From: Macrostomum lignano
Taxonomy: Eukaryota
Length of the DNA stretch: 64,000 bases
Direction: 5' to 3'
NCBI GenBank assembly: GCA_002269645.1
Contig: NIVC01000420.1
Coordinates: 124,001 to 188,000, forward strand
Shown: positions 47,701-60,700 of the stretch, one piece after another
Layout: every line of letters begins with the position of its first letter
Position numbering within the stretch: the first letter of the stretch is position 1
Translations under genes and position numbers: made by a program
Notes under the pieces: model-generated
What the model was told of the DNA's origin: nothing
Seen by the model: only the letters and a program-made list of their open reading frames with translations
The model's database searches: none

Positions 47701-50700
47701 AGTCAGATCCAGAATCTCAGCAATGACAGTCAGATCCAGAATCTCAGCAATGACAGTCAGATCCAGAATCTCAGCAATGACAGTCAGATTCAGAATCTCA
47801 GCAATGACAGTCAGATTCAGAATCTCAGCAATGACAGTCAGATCCAGAATCTCAGCAATGACAGTCAGATTCAGAATCTCAGCAATGACAGTCAGATCCA
47901 GAATCTCAGCAATGACAGTCAGATCCAGAATCTCAGCAATGACAGTCAGATCCAGAATCTCAGCAATGACAGTCAGATCCAGAATCTCAGCAATGACAGT
48001 CAGATCCAGAATCTCAGCAATGACAGTCAGATTCAGAATCTCAGCAATGACAGTCAGATTCAGAATCTCAGCAATGACAGTCAGATCCAGAATCTCAGCA
48101 ATGACAGTCAGATCCAGAATCTCAGCAATGACAGTCAGATCCAGAATCTCAGCAATGACAGTCAGATCCAGAATCTCAGTAATGACAGTCAGATGCAGAA
48201 TCTCAGTAATGACAATCAGATCCAGAATCTCAGCAATGACAGTCAGATCCAGAATCTCAGCAATGACAATCAGATCCAGAATCTCAGCAATGACAGTCAG
48301 ATCCAGAATCTCAGCAATGACAGTCAGATCCAGAATCTCAGCAATGACAGTCAGATTCAGAATCTCAGCAATGACAGTCAGATTCAGAATCTCAGCAATG
48401 ACAGTCAGATCCAGAATCTCAGCAATGACAGTCAGATCCAGAATCTCAGCAATGACAGTCAGATCCAGAATCTCAGCAATGACAGTCAGATCCAGAATCT
48501 CAGTAATGACAGTCAGATGCAGAATCTCAGTAATGACAATCAGATCCAGAATCTCAGCAATGACAGTCAGATCCAGAATCTCAGCAATGACAATCAGATC
48601 CAGAATCTCAGCAAGGACAGTCAGATCCAGAATCTCAGCAATGACAGATTCAGAATCTCAGCAATGACAATCAGATCCAGAATCTCAGCAATGACAGTCA
48701 GATCCAGAATCTCAGCAATGACAGATTCAAAATCTCAGCAATGACAATCAGATCCAGAATCTCAGCAATGACAGTCAGATTCAGAATCTCAGCAATGACA
48801 GTCAGATCCAGAATCTCAGCAATGACAGTCAGATCCAGAATCTCAGCAATGACAGTCAGATCCAGAATCTCAGCAATGACAGTCAGATCCAAAATCTCAG
48901 CAATGACAGTCAGATTCAGAATCTCAGCAATGACAGTCAGATCCAGAATCTCAGCAATGACAGTCAGATTCAGAATCTCAGCAATGACAGTCAGATCCAG
49001 AATCTCAGCAATGACAGTCAGATCCAGAATCTCAGCAATGACAGTCAGATCCAGAATCTCAGCAATGACAATCAGATTCAGAATCTCAGCAATGACAGTC
49101 AGATTCAGAATCTCAGCAATGACAGTCAGATCCAGAATCTCAGCAATGACAGTCAGATCCAGAATCTCAGTAATGACAATCAGATCCAGAATCTCAGCAA
49201 TGACAGTCAGATCCAGAATCTCAGCAATGACAGTCAGATCCAGAATCTCAGCAATGACAGTCAGATCCAGAATCTCAGCAATGACAGTCAGATCCAGAAT
49301 CTCAGCAATGACAGTCAGATCCAGAATCTCAGCAATGACAGTCAGATTCAGAATCTCAGCAATGACAGTCAGATTCAGAATCTCAGCAATGACAGTCAGA
49401 TCCAGAATCTCAGCAATGACAGTCAGATCCAGAATCTCAGCAATGACAGTCAGATCCAGAATCTCAGCAATGACAGTCAGATCCAGAATCTCAGTAATGA
49501 CAGTCAGATGCAGAATCTCAGTAATGACAATCAGATCCAGAATCTCAGCAATGACAGTCAGATCCAGAATCTCAGCAATGACAATCAGATCCAGAATCTC
49601 AGCAAGGACAGTCAGATCCAGAATCTCAGCAATGACAGATTCAGAATCTCAGCAATGACAATCAGATCCAGAATCTCAGCAATGACAGTCAGATCCAGAA
49701 TCTCAGCAATGACAGATTCAAAATCTCAGCAATGACAATCAGATCCAGAATCTCAGCAATGACAGTCAGATTCAGAATCTCAGCAATGACAGTCAGATCC
49801 AGAATCTCAGCAATGACAGTCAGATCCAGAATCTCAGCAATGACAGTCAGATCCAGAATCTCAGCAATGACAGTCAGATCCAGAATCTCAGCAATGACAG
49901 TCAGATTCAGAATCTCAGCAATGACAGTCAGATCCAGAATCTCATCAATGACAGTCAGATTCAGAATCTCAGCAATGACAGTCAGATCCAGAATCTCAGC
50001 AATGACAGTCAGATCCAGAATCTCAGCAATGACAGTCAGATCCAGAATCTCAGCAATGACAGTCAGATTCAGAATCTCAGCAATGACAGTCAGATCCAGA
50101 ATCTCAGCAATGACAGTCAGATCCAGAATCTCAGCAATGACAGTCAGATCCAGAATCTCAGCAATGACAGTCAGATTCAGAATCTCAGCAATGACAGTCA
50201 GATCCAGAATCTCAGCAATGACAGTCAGATTCAGAATCTCAGCAATGACAGTCAGATCCAGAATCTCAGCAATGACAGTCAGATCCAGAATCTCAGCAAT
50301 GACAGTCAGATCCAGAATCTCAGCAATGACAGTCAGATTCAGAATCTCAGCAATGACAGTCAGATCCAGAATCTCAGCAATGACAGTCAGATCCAGAATC
50401 TCAGCAATGACAGTCAGATCCAGAATCTCAGCAATGACAGTCAGATCCAGAATCTCAGCAATGACAGCTGCTGGTAAGATTCAGAGAATGAGCACATCCC
50501 AGCAGACAGACAGAAGTCAGATATGGCGGTTGATTAAAAGTACACGATTCCGCGGTCAGTCTGCTCACTACACTACAGTGATGAGCATGAATACTAAGTG
50601 CTCAATCTCTCCAGTTTCCCACATATGCCTGCTAAAACTTCTGGCAAACACAAACAAAAGGCCTCAGAGCAGGGCATTTAGGAGCACTTCAGATAAATCT

Positions 50701-52990
50701 GCTTGGAAATGGCTGCGGCATTCAGCTCCCAATTTTCTCTCTGCATGCCCTCCTCCACTCTTCCCTACTTCCAAAAGGCTTTGCCGCCGGTTGAGAAGTT
50801 AAATGTGACGCCAATTTCCCACAGAAAACTCGCGCGTCTGCGCACTGCAGGTCGCAACTCATTTGCCACTTCTAAGAAACGAAGTTTACCCAGGGACCGA
50901 CGGAAACTACTCAAACTAAGAGATCTCACAGCCTATTAGCTCATTCTGAGCGAGTGTGTACTCAATCAGAAATACGATGATTTCTATCGCTAGAAAATCG
51001 CTCTCACCATATCGATTACGTTGATGGAACTCATCGCGTGAACCATTAGTGACACTCTGACAATGGTTGTTTTGCCTGCAATTTTTCGGTTGCAAAAGAA
51101 ACACTGTAATTTATTGCATTGGACACTGACACAAATTGAGCTACCGACACAAGAGTTGATATCATACATGTACTCAACTATTTTAGCAAGCACCAATTTT
51201 ACTAATGCTATTCGTAACAGTGCACCAACGAGATCGAATTCTCTTCACATATAGAGAAAGTGAAGTTTAGAAGAGCTTAGCCATTCACTACTTGGCCCGC
51301 ATAGTAGGGCTAGGTACTCTTAGAGCGCCGAGCTGCACTCGATGAAGATGGGACGGCAGGAGAAACTTGGGGGAACCCCCCGTCCCCCTTTACCCCGGTC
51401 GCCGGGTCAGCCGTAGCGCCAGGCTCTTTGTCACGCGCCCAGACCGCCTCCCCAATGCTGTTCTCTCAATTAACTGCGACCCAAGCCAGAGACGGAGATT
51501 CTCAATCTGCAATCCAGACTCCCTCAATTCTCTCTGCACGTAATTCTCTGGTGAGTCTCTTGAGACAACCCCAACCACCAATCCCCAACCCGGGGATAGG
51601 TGCAGGAGACAAGTTCATACAGTCTAACGGACGAAGGAGCTGAGGGGAAGGCAAGGGGAGAATCTGGGGAAGTGGTAAATCAATGCAAGAAAATCTGGTT
51701 GGTCTGAGTCGTCTCATCCACGACGACTGTGTTGCGATTTTCCTTGAGAAATAACCTTCGAGGAGGGGAAGGTAAAGAGAGAGACAAAGGGAAATGGGGT
51801 GAGATGAAGGGAAGGGAGAAAGATGCATAGCGAAGGAGAGAGATGCAGGGAAAGGGAGAGAGATGCAGGGAAAGGAAGAGACATGCAGGGAAAGGGAGAG
51901 AGATGCAGGGAAAGGGAGAGAGATGCAGGGAAAGGGAGAGAGATGCAGGGAAAGGGAGAGAGATGCAGGGAAAGGAAGAGAAATGCAGGGAAAGGGAGAG
52001 AGATGCAGGGAAAGGGAGAGAGATGCAGGGAAAGGGAGAGAGATGCAGGGAAAGGAAGAGACATTCAGGGAAAGGGAGAGAGATGCAGGGAAAAGAAGAG
52101 ACATCCAGGGAAAGGGAGAGAGATGCAGGGAAAGGGAGAGAGATGCAGGGAAATGAAGAGAAATGCAGAGAGAAGGGAGAGAGATGCAGGGAAAGGAAGA
52201 GAAATGCAGGGAAAGGGAGAGAGATGCAGGGAAAGGAAGAGAAATGCAGGGAAAGGGAGAGAGATGCAGGGAAAGGAAGAGACATGCAGGGAAAGGGAGA
52301 GATGCAGGGAAAGGAAGAGACATGCAGGGAAAGGAAAAGAGATGCAGAGAGAAGGGAGAGAGATGCAGGGAAAGAAAGAGACATGCAGGTAAAGGGAGAG
52401 AGATGCAGAGAGAAGGAGAGAGATGCAGGGAAAGGAAGAGAGATGCAGGGAGAAGGGGGGAGATGCAGGGAAAGGGAGAGAGATGCAGGGAAAGGGAGAG
52501 AGATGCAGGGAAAGGGAGAGACATGCAGGGAAAGGGAGAGAGATGCAGGGAAAGGGAGAGAGATGCAGGGAAAGGGAGAGAGATGCAGGGAAAGGGAGAG
52601 AGATGCAGGGAAAGGGAGAGAAACGAAGGAGCTGCATTCCTAGTGCAATTGAGTGACATCAGCACGCCCCTCACCTGTGTACATTGACGGCGGAATCGAT
52701 TTGTCATATTTCTCAAATATTTTCGCAATAAAATCGCGCATCGTGTCATTGTTGTGGCCAATTCTGAAGTGGTCATTGATTTCAATTGAACGATTAAAAT
52801 TCCAGCTTTGAGTATTTTCTAGCATTTTGAGTACTTAAAAAATCGAACAGACTGCTCACCGCAGCTTAATGTCGGCTTGCAGTCCTCCGCAGAGGCAGGC
52901 AAATGCCAGGCAGCTGGCAACGAAAAAGTCGCCCAATTGGCGACGAAGTCTTTCTCGACTGCCGCCGCTGATGCGACCGGCGGGCGGCAT
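38766..52990 (-). CDS. Anion-selective Cys-loop ligand-gated ion channel subunit (GlyR/GluCl-like), 9 coding exons, 501 aa
   Basis: Exons 52990-52860, 52763-52675, 51075-51008 (68 nt), 45049-44826, 44246-44164 (83 nt), 43537-43394, 43218-42989, 40125-39937, 39113-38766. Total 1506 nt in frame. Signal peptide, FLRQYW, WVPDLYF, Cys-loop [21 protein letters not shown]1 [10 protein letters not shown]2 PARISLG, M3 AIDVW, M4 [10 protein letters not shown]. Confidence 0.95.
39183..39886. repeat. (CTCCT)n/(CTCTG)n pentanucleotide microsatellite, LGIC last intron
   Basis: Direct reading. Confidence 0.97.
40938..41235 (-). mobile_element. SINE family 1 copy, in LGIC intron 7
   Basis: Minus-strand B-box GGTTCGATTCT; same body and (ATT)n tail as 27312-27612. 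Confidence 0.88.
45208..50467. repeat. 27-bp satellite (ATGACAGTCAGATCCAGAATCTCAGCA), about 195 copies with higher-order repeats, LGIC intron 3
   Basis: Very homogeneous units; variant marker CAGCAAGG at 47051, 48609 and 49600. Confidence 0.97.
51770..52622. repeat. 20-bp purine-rich minisatellite (AGATGCAGGGAAAGGGAGAG), LGIC intron 2
   Basis: Direct reading. Confidence 0.95.
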
Positions 52991-53029
52991 CGTTCCAGAT
53001 TCGGATTCCGAATTATCTGCCGCTGTGAA

Positions 53030-54760
53030 GTGACGGGGTGGTGAGTTTATGTTTACCTGTGTCTGTAGCTTATCAGTAACGGGGTGGTGAGTTTATGTTT
53101 ACCTGTGTCTGTGGCTTATCAGTGACGGGGTGGTGAGTTTATGTTTACCTGTGTCTGTGGCTTATCAGTGACGGGGTGGTGAGTTTATGTTTACCTGTGT
53201 CTGTAGCTTATCAGTAACGGGGTGGTGAGTTTATGTTTACCTGTGTCTGTGGCTTATCAGTGACGGGGTGGTGAGTTTATGTTTACCTGTGTCTGTGGTT
53301 TATCAGTGACGGGGTGGTGAGTTTATGTTTACCTGTGTCTGTAGCTTATCAGTGACGGGGCGGTGAGTTTATGTTTACCTGTGTCTGTGGCTTATCAGTG
53401 ACGGGGTGGTGAGTTTATGTTTACCTGTGTCTGTAGCTTGTCAGTGACGGGGTGGTGAGTTTATGTTTACCTGTGTCTGTGGCTTATCAGTAACGGGGTG
53501 GTGAGTTTATGTTTACCTGTGTCTGTAGCTTATCAGTGACGGGGTGGTGAGTTTATGTTTACCTGTGTCTGTGGCTTATCAGTGACGGGGTGGTGAGTTT
53601 ATGTTTACCTGTGTCTGTAGCTTATCAGTGACGGGGTGGTGAGTTTATGTTTACCTGTGTCTGTGGTTTATCAGTGACGGGGTGGTGAGTTTATGTTTAC
53701 CTGTGTCTGTGGTTTATCAGTGACGGGGTGGTGAGTTTATGTTTACCTGTGTCTGTGGCTTATCAGTGACGGGGTGGTGAGTTTATGTTTACCTGTGTCT
53801 GTGGCTTATCAGTGACGGGGTGGTGAGTTTATGTTTACCTGTGTCTGTAGCTTATCAGTGACGGGGTGGTGAGTTTATGTTTACCTGTGTCTGTGGCTTA
53901 TCAGTGACGGGGTGGTGAGTTTATGTTTACCTGTGTCTGTGGTTTATCAGTGACGGGGCGGTGAGTTTATGTTTACCTGTGTCTGTAGCTTATCAGTGAC
54001 GGGGCGGTGAGTTTATGTTTACCTGTGTCTGTAGCTTATCAGTGACGGGGTGGTGAGTTTATGTTTACCTGTGTCTGTAGCTTATCAGTGACGGGGTGGT
54101 GAGTTTATGTTTACCTGTGTCTGTGGTTTATTAGTGACGGGGTGGTGAGTTTATGTTTACCTGTGTCTGTGGTTTATCAGTGACGGGGCGGTGAGTTTAT
54201 GTTTACCTGTGTCTGTAGCTTATCAGTGACGGGGCGGTGAGTTTATGTTTACCTGTGTCTGTAGCTTATCAGTGACGGGGTGGTGAGTTTATGTTTACCT
54301 GTGTCTGTAGCTTATCAGTGACGGGGTGGTGAGTTTATGTTTACCTGTGTCTGTAGCTTATCAGTGACGGGGTGGTGAGTTTATGTTTACCTGTGTCTGT
54401 GGCTTATCAGTGACGGGGCGGTGAGTTTATGTTTACCTGTGTCTGTAGCTTATCAGTGACGGGGTGGTGAGTTTATGTTTACCTGTGTCTGTAGCTTATC
54501 AGTGACGGGTGGTGAGTTTATGTTTACCTGTGTCTGTGGCTTATCAGTGACGGGGTGGTGAGTTTATGTTTACCTGTGTCTGTGGCTTATCAGTGACGGG
54601 GCGGTGAGTTTATGTTTACCTGTGTCTGTGGCTTATCAGTGACGGGGTGGTGAGTTTATGTCTACCTGTGTCTGTGGCTTATCAGTGACGGGGTGGTGAG
54701 TTTATGTTTACCTGTGTCTGTGGCTTATCAGTGACGGGGTGGTGAGTTTATGTTTACCTG
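53030..54760. repeat. 46-bp minisatellite (GTGACGGGGTGGTGAGTTTATGTTTACCTGTGTCTGTAGCTTATCA), about 37.6 copies, 40 bp upstream of the LGIC ATG
   Basis: Direct tandem periodicity; only a few positions vary (mainly TAGC/TGGC/TGGT and GGGT/GGGC). Confidence 0.97.
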
Positions 54761-55384
54761 TCTTATTGATAAATTTAAATTTAATTTCTTTCTGATATAC
54801 TGGCATTGCAATATACTCAAAATTTTGAATATTGCTTCGTAATTTCACAGTATGTCTAAAGATTTATCGTATCAGAGATTGAAAATCAGCTAATAACTGA
54901 TTGATTGGGTCAGTAAAGACAGGGGATCATACAGTAAAATGGGGATTCATATCCCGCCAAACAATGCGCCAAGCAAATCTGCCTTCGGCTTCAAGTTTCA
55001 AGTTTCAGGTTTTTTCTCCCAAATTAAATTTTCCAGCTTGGGGATCGAGTCAGCCTCCCAAAAACCAAGCCAGCAGATCCCCGCTTGTAAAGCAGCTCCA
55101 AAGCTTTCCAAGAAACCAAAGTTTTTAAGCCGAAGCTTCCCGCTTCGCTAATTGGGGGGGGGGCAAAGAAGATTCCGAATTCGGGAAGAAGACAAGAAGT
55201 GAGGATTTCAAGAAGAGCGAGCTTCACCAGAAAACACCAATAAGTCAAGACAGAAGCCCTAAGGATAGAATTTTTCACCCCAGCTCTCCCAGTAGATCTT
55301 TCAGGGTTGGTTTTAAACACAGAAGTGAATTATTTATGTTTGAATTCCTTTAGAGATTGATTATATTGGCATCTTGTGCTTGTC

Positions 55385-55545
55385 TTTGGCTAGATTAGCA
55401 ATCTATTCTATTCCTTCATGTGTGATGTGTTGGCTAGATTAGCAATCCATTCTATTCCTTCATTAGTGGTTGGCTAGATTAGCAATCCATTCAAATTCTT
55501 CATCAGTGATGTTGGCTAGATTAGCAATCCATTCTAATCCTAGCT
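55385..55545. repeat. Degenerate tandem repeat of about 40 bp (GGCTAGATTAGCAATCCATTC core), 4 copies
   Basis: Core recurs at about 55388, 55431, 55471 and 55514. Confidence 0.8.
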
Positions 55546-56429
55546 ACCGGTAGATTGGTGTCCAATGTTACTCGTTTCAAATTATGAATTCCAGATCAAC
55601 TCATATGGACTCATAAATGTACTCATATTTATTTAGCAATCCACACAAAACTATCGCTAAGCTTGAGTATAGTAAATCTCATCGTGAGAATGTGGAGGCA
55701 TCCGAGCAGGTGCCCAAGGACTGCACACCGCACAGCAAGTGTCCTCTCCTCAGTCTCCTAGAGGAATATTTCCGCATTAACTTTGCAGCAGCTCGGGGCC
55801 GGAACTTCCTTATCGATTCAAACGGGAGTCGGTTAGCTGCCGGGGGGATCTGCAGTGAATCTGAGCGGAAGGCGGCCTGTGTTTCATGCGGATAGATTCC
55901 GTTCTTGGAGACTGCATCCGGCATAAAGTCTACTTTTAGTTCCGTTGGACAGAAGAGATAAAAAGATCGCAGATTTTTTCTGATAGATGCATTTTTATTG
56001 TAAGACACGGCTAAGCTTTACAAAGGGTGCCGCCAGACACACGGGGAAGATAACAGAGGATCTGAAAAATTGCACAACGTAATCCCCAAGCCACTCCCTG
56101 CAATATGGGCTCTCCGCTAACCCCCCAAGCCCTAGCAACTGAGCCTGCTTTGACAATTGGAATTTAAATTTAAATTATATTACATATTTTTTCCCATACC
56201 AAAAGCTATCCCAGCTCAAAACATCAATGATGCTAATTTATCTCGCAGGACGCCGACCTGTCAGAAGAGCCACCCGCAGCCTCCCTTCAGTGCCGTCTCA
56301 GGTGGCATTGCAAATGATAAATTATCAGTAGTTGCAGTGCCGCGTAAAACATTTTTAATAACTTTGCTGATTGGGCTGTTGGGGAATAAAATTATTATTG
56401 TACTTTAAACAATCCTATATGCAGCAAAA

Positions 56430-56945
56430 TCTAACCTACCGATCTATTCAGAATCTACCAACTCCACGGAAAATCTACCTAATCTACTCAGAATCTACCA
56501 AATCTACGGAAAATCTACCAAATCTAATCAGCATCTATCGAATCTACTTAGAATCTACCAAATCTACTCATACTGACTCTACTCCGAATCTATGAAATCC
56601 AATTCGAATGTACCAAATCTACCTCCGAACCTACTAAATCTACTCCGAATCAACCGAATCTATTTAGAATCTATCAAATCTACTCCGAATCTACTGGATC
56701 TACTCAGAACCTACCAAATCTACTCAGAATCTACCAAATCTACTCCGAATCTACCAAATCTACTCAAGAATTTACCAAATCTACTCCGAATCTACCAAAT
56801 CTACTCAAGAATTTACCAAATCTACTCCGAATCTACCAAATCTACTCAAGAATTTACCAAATCTACTCTGAATCTACCAAATCTACTCCGAATCTACCAA
56901 GTCTACTCAGAATCTATCAAGTCTGCTTCTCTAATCTACCCAAAA
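56430..56945. repeat. Degenerate 19-20-bp repeat (AATCTACCAAATCTACTCCG)
   Basis: Direct reading. Confidence 0.85.
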
Positions 56946-57716
56946 TGTACTCCATATGTACTTCAGCTAAGTGTAAATATCCAACAAAATCAATTTACAG
57001 TGCCTTTTGTTCTATCTTCAAAACCCTTAGAATAATCTGACATTTCAGTAGTCAATGTCACTCTCCCAAAAAACAGCTTTTCCTACAAAGAATACAATTA
57101 TAATCTCACCTTTTCACCTTTTTGCTCTGGGCAAGTCAACAAAAATTGCAGCAGTTTATTCAGGTGTCTGTTTCTTGAAGCTGCCCTTTTGGAGAAATTT
57201 TGAGGCGAACCTCTCTTAGGAGCAGAGTTTGCAATGCTCCCACATTTTTGGTCTCTCGGTCCGAAGCCTTTATTTGCTGTCCGATCCTTGATTGGACAGC
57301 CGGGCAGCCAATCACGGAACATCTCGACGCTGCAAGATGGGCAGGTGTGACCGAACCTGTTCCTTGTACAGTTAGCTGCATGCTCATGACAGCGAGTGAG
57401 AGGCTGCGACACCCCGTGTGCTCTACCGCTGCTAAAGAGCTCAGCTTAATTTTTGCATTTTGTAGTCAGCCGCGTACTAACCGCAATAGACTCTGCTTAA
57501 CTATTGTACTCTAGGCACCATATAAAATCGCAAGCCCTTTCAGCACACAACCAGCATAAATGCATAATTAACAGGCATTTCCGTGTCAAAAAATTAGGCT
57601 GCCCAGTCGGCAACTTGTCGGTAGTTTTAATTAGTCAATACTCAGGTAAGCATAAATAATTAACTAATAAATGCAGCAAAAAAAGTCTAGGTTAAAACAA
57701 GCCGCCCCGGGCGCTG

Positions 57717-60700
57717 TCAGTCTTTCTTCAATTTCGAGCCTTGGAACTTTGCCTTGCCGGCGATAGCCTTGGACTCGGACGGCTGGGCACCGTTGGTGAG
57801 CAGGAGTTCCTCGATATTCGCCTGATTTGCTGAAACCACCGCACCAACCTTGGCGCCGTCTTTGAATAGCACGAATGTCGGCACCGCCCTGACGCTGTAC
57901 TCGTCAGCGACAGCCTGCAGGTACATTGCGATAGTTTAGTCGATTGTAAAGACTTTCTCATGTAAATAACTTTAACCCAGACGCAAATGACAAGTAAAAA
58001 CGATCATTCAGGGACTCCACTGACAGATTTTTTTTCCAACTGATAAGAGCAGGCATACTGCCTTGATTTTATTGAACTAATTAACTGACTAAGATACAGA
58101 CTCTATCTTATCAGATTGCCAGTTCAACTGCCCCTCGCCACGCGTACATCAATGTACATCAATACTCTCTGCCCCAAGTGACCAACTAAGCATTACTGCG
58201 CTTGATAAACCAAGGATTATTGCACTTGATAAACCAAGGACTATTGCACTTGATAAACCAAGGATTATTGCACTTGATAAACCCAGGATTATTGCACTTG
58301 ATAAGCCATGGATTATTGCACTTGATAATAAAGAATATATTGCACTAGATAAGCCAAGGATTATTGCACTTGATAAGCCAAGGATTATTGCACTTGATAA
58401 ACCAAGGACTATTTCACTTGATAAACCAAGGATTACTGCGCTTGATAATAAAGAATATATTGCACTTGATAAACCCAGGATTATTGCACTTGATAAACCA
58501 AGGACTATTTCTCTTGATAAACCAAGGATTATTGCTTGGTTACTTGATAAACCAAGGATTATTGCACTTGATAAACCAAGAATTATTGCACTTGATAAAC
58601 CAAGGATTACTGCGCTTGATAAGCCAAGGATTATTGCACTTGATAAACCCAGGGTTATTGCACTTGATAAACCAAGGACTATTTCACTTGATAAACCAAG
58701 GATTATTGCACTTGATAAACCAAGGATTACTGCGCTTGATAAGCCAAGGATTATTGCACTTGATAAACCCAGGGTTATTGCACTTGATAAACCAAGGACT
58801 ATTTCACTTGATAAACCATGGATTTTTGCACTTGATAAATCAAGGACTATTTCACTTGATAAACCAAGGATTACTGCGCTTGCTAAGCCATGGATTATTG
58901 CACTTGATAATAAAGAATATATTGCACTTGATAAGTCAAGGATTATTGCACTTGATAATAAAGAATATTGCACTTGATAAGCCAAAGATTATCGCACTTT
59001 GATAACAAGGATTATTGCACTAGATTAGAAAGGGCTATTGCACTAGCTGAGACATCAATTTTTGGACTTGATGAGTAAAGGATTATTGCACTAGCTGAGC
59101 CATCGATTTTTGGACTTGATGAGTAAAGGATTATTGCACTAGCTGAGACATCGATTTTTGGACTTGATGAGTAAAGGATTATTGCACTAGCTGAGAAGCT
59201 GATTCTTGCGCTGTCTAAAAAAGAGATTATTGCGCTCGCTGAGACGTGGATTGTTGCACAACCTGAGAAAGCGATTATTGCATTAGCGGAGGTAACATTT
59301 GCACTAGCTACTTGCTGTCTCGCGTATGCTTGCTATCTGGAGGATGCTTGCTCTCGAGGGGGATACTTGCTATTTGGGAGGGGGGGGGGTACTGGCTACA
59401 TGTATGGGATTCTTTCTATCCAGGGATGCTTGCTATTTAGGGATTCTTGCTATCTGCAGGATGCTTGCTATCTGGGTGGTTACTTCTACAAAATTTGGGG
59501 GATGCTTGCTATCTGGGTGGTTACTTCTACAAAATTTGGGGGATGCTTGCTATCTGGGTGGTTACTTCTACAAAATTTGGGGATGCTTGCTATCTGGGTA
59601 GATGCTTCTATCTGGGGGATGCTTGCTGTCTACAGATGCTTGCTATCTGGGGTGATGCTTGCTATCTGGGGTGATGCTTGCTATCTGGGGTGATGCTTGC
59701 TATCTGGGGTGATGCTTGCTATCTGGGGTGATGCTTGCTATCTGGGGTGATGCTTGCTATCTGGGTAGATGCTTCTATCTGGGGGATGCTTGCTGTCTAC
59801 AGATGCTTGCTATCTGGGGTGATGCTTGCTATCTGGGGTGATGCTTGCTATCTGGGGTGATGCTTGCTATCTGGGGTGATGCTTGCTATCTGGGGTGATG
59901 CTTGCTATCTGGGGTGATGCTTGCTATCTGGGGTGATGCTTGCTATCTGGGGTGATGCTTGCTATCTGGGGTGATGCTTGCTATCTGGGGTGATGCTTGC
60001 TATCTGGGGTGATGCTTGCTATCTGGGGTGATGCTTGCTATCTGGGGTGATGCTTGCTATCTGGGGTGATGCTTGCTATCTGGGGTGATGCTTGCTATCT
60101 GGGGTGATGCTTGCTATCTGGGGTGATGCTTGCTATCTGGGTGGATGCTTCTATCTGGGGGATGCTTGCTATCTGGGTGGATGCTTCTATCTGGGTGGAT
60201 GCTTGCTATCTGGGGTGATGCTTGCTATCTGGGGGATGCTTTGTATGAGCATTAGGGGATGCTTGCTATCTGCGGTTGCTTACTTTTGGGAGGGGGTGCT
60301 TGCTATCTGGGGGGGGGGGATGCTTGCTGTCTTGGGAATATTTTCTATTTAGATTGAGCTATATTTTGTTGTCTGTTTGCTAATTTTAGAGAAAAAGTGA
60401 TTCATAGCAAACATCTTTGTCCGTGACCATTTTACACGAATAAGCGGATTTTTAAAAGGGAAGAAGGAATTGGTTCTTAAGAAAATGTGCTTTTTTAATT
60501 GTTTTCCATGAACGATTTTTGCTCCTTGCTTTTTGGGCGCCCTGAAGGGGGGCCGCACTAGATTGCTAGTAGTCGCTAAAAAGTGTGTTAAATTGACCGG
60601 TTAGGTGGTAAAAATTCTATACAAATATTTTTCAGGCATGCTATCTAGCACTCCCAAGTCGGTGCAACCAATGACCGCCCGCTTGTATCTTGAAGGATGC

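Noticed and set aside
45220-50802. 629-, 494-, 356- and 305-aa (MTVRSRISA)n ORFs
   Set aside because: Antisense translations of the 27-bp intronic satellite.
60530-60575. GC hairpin followed by CTAG as a Helitron 3' end
   Set aside because: The stem is only 3-4 bp and I found no matching 5' TC end or second copy in the window.
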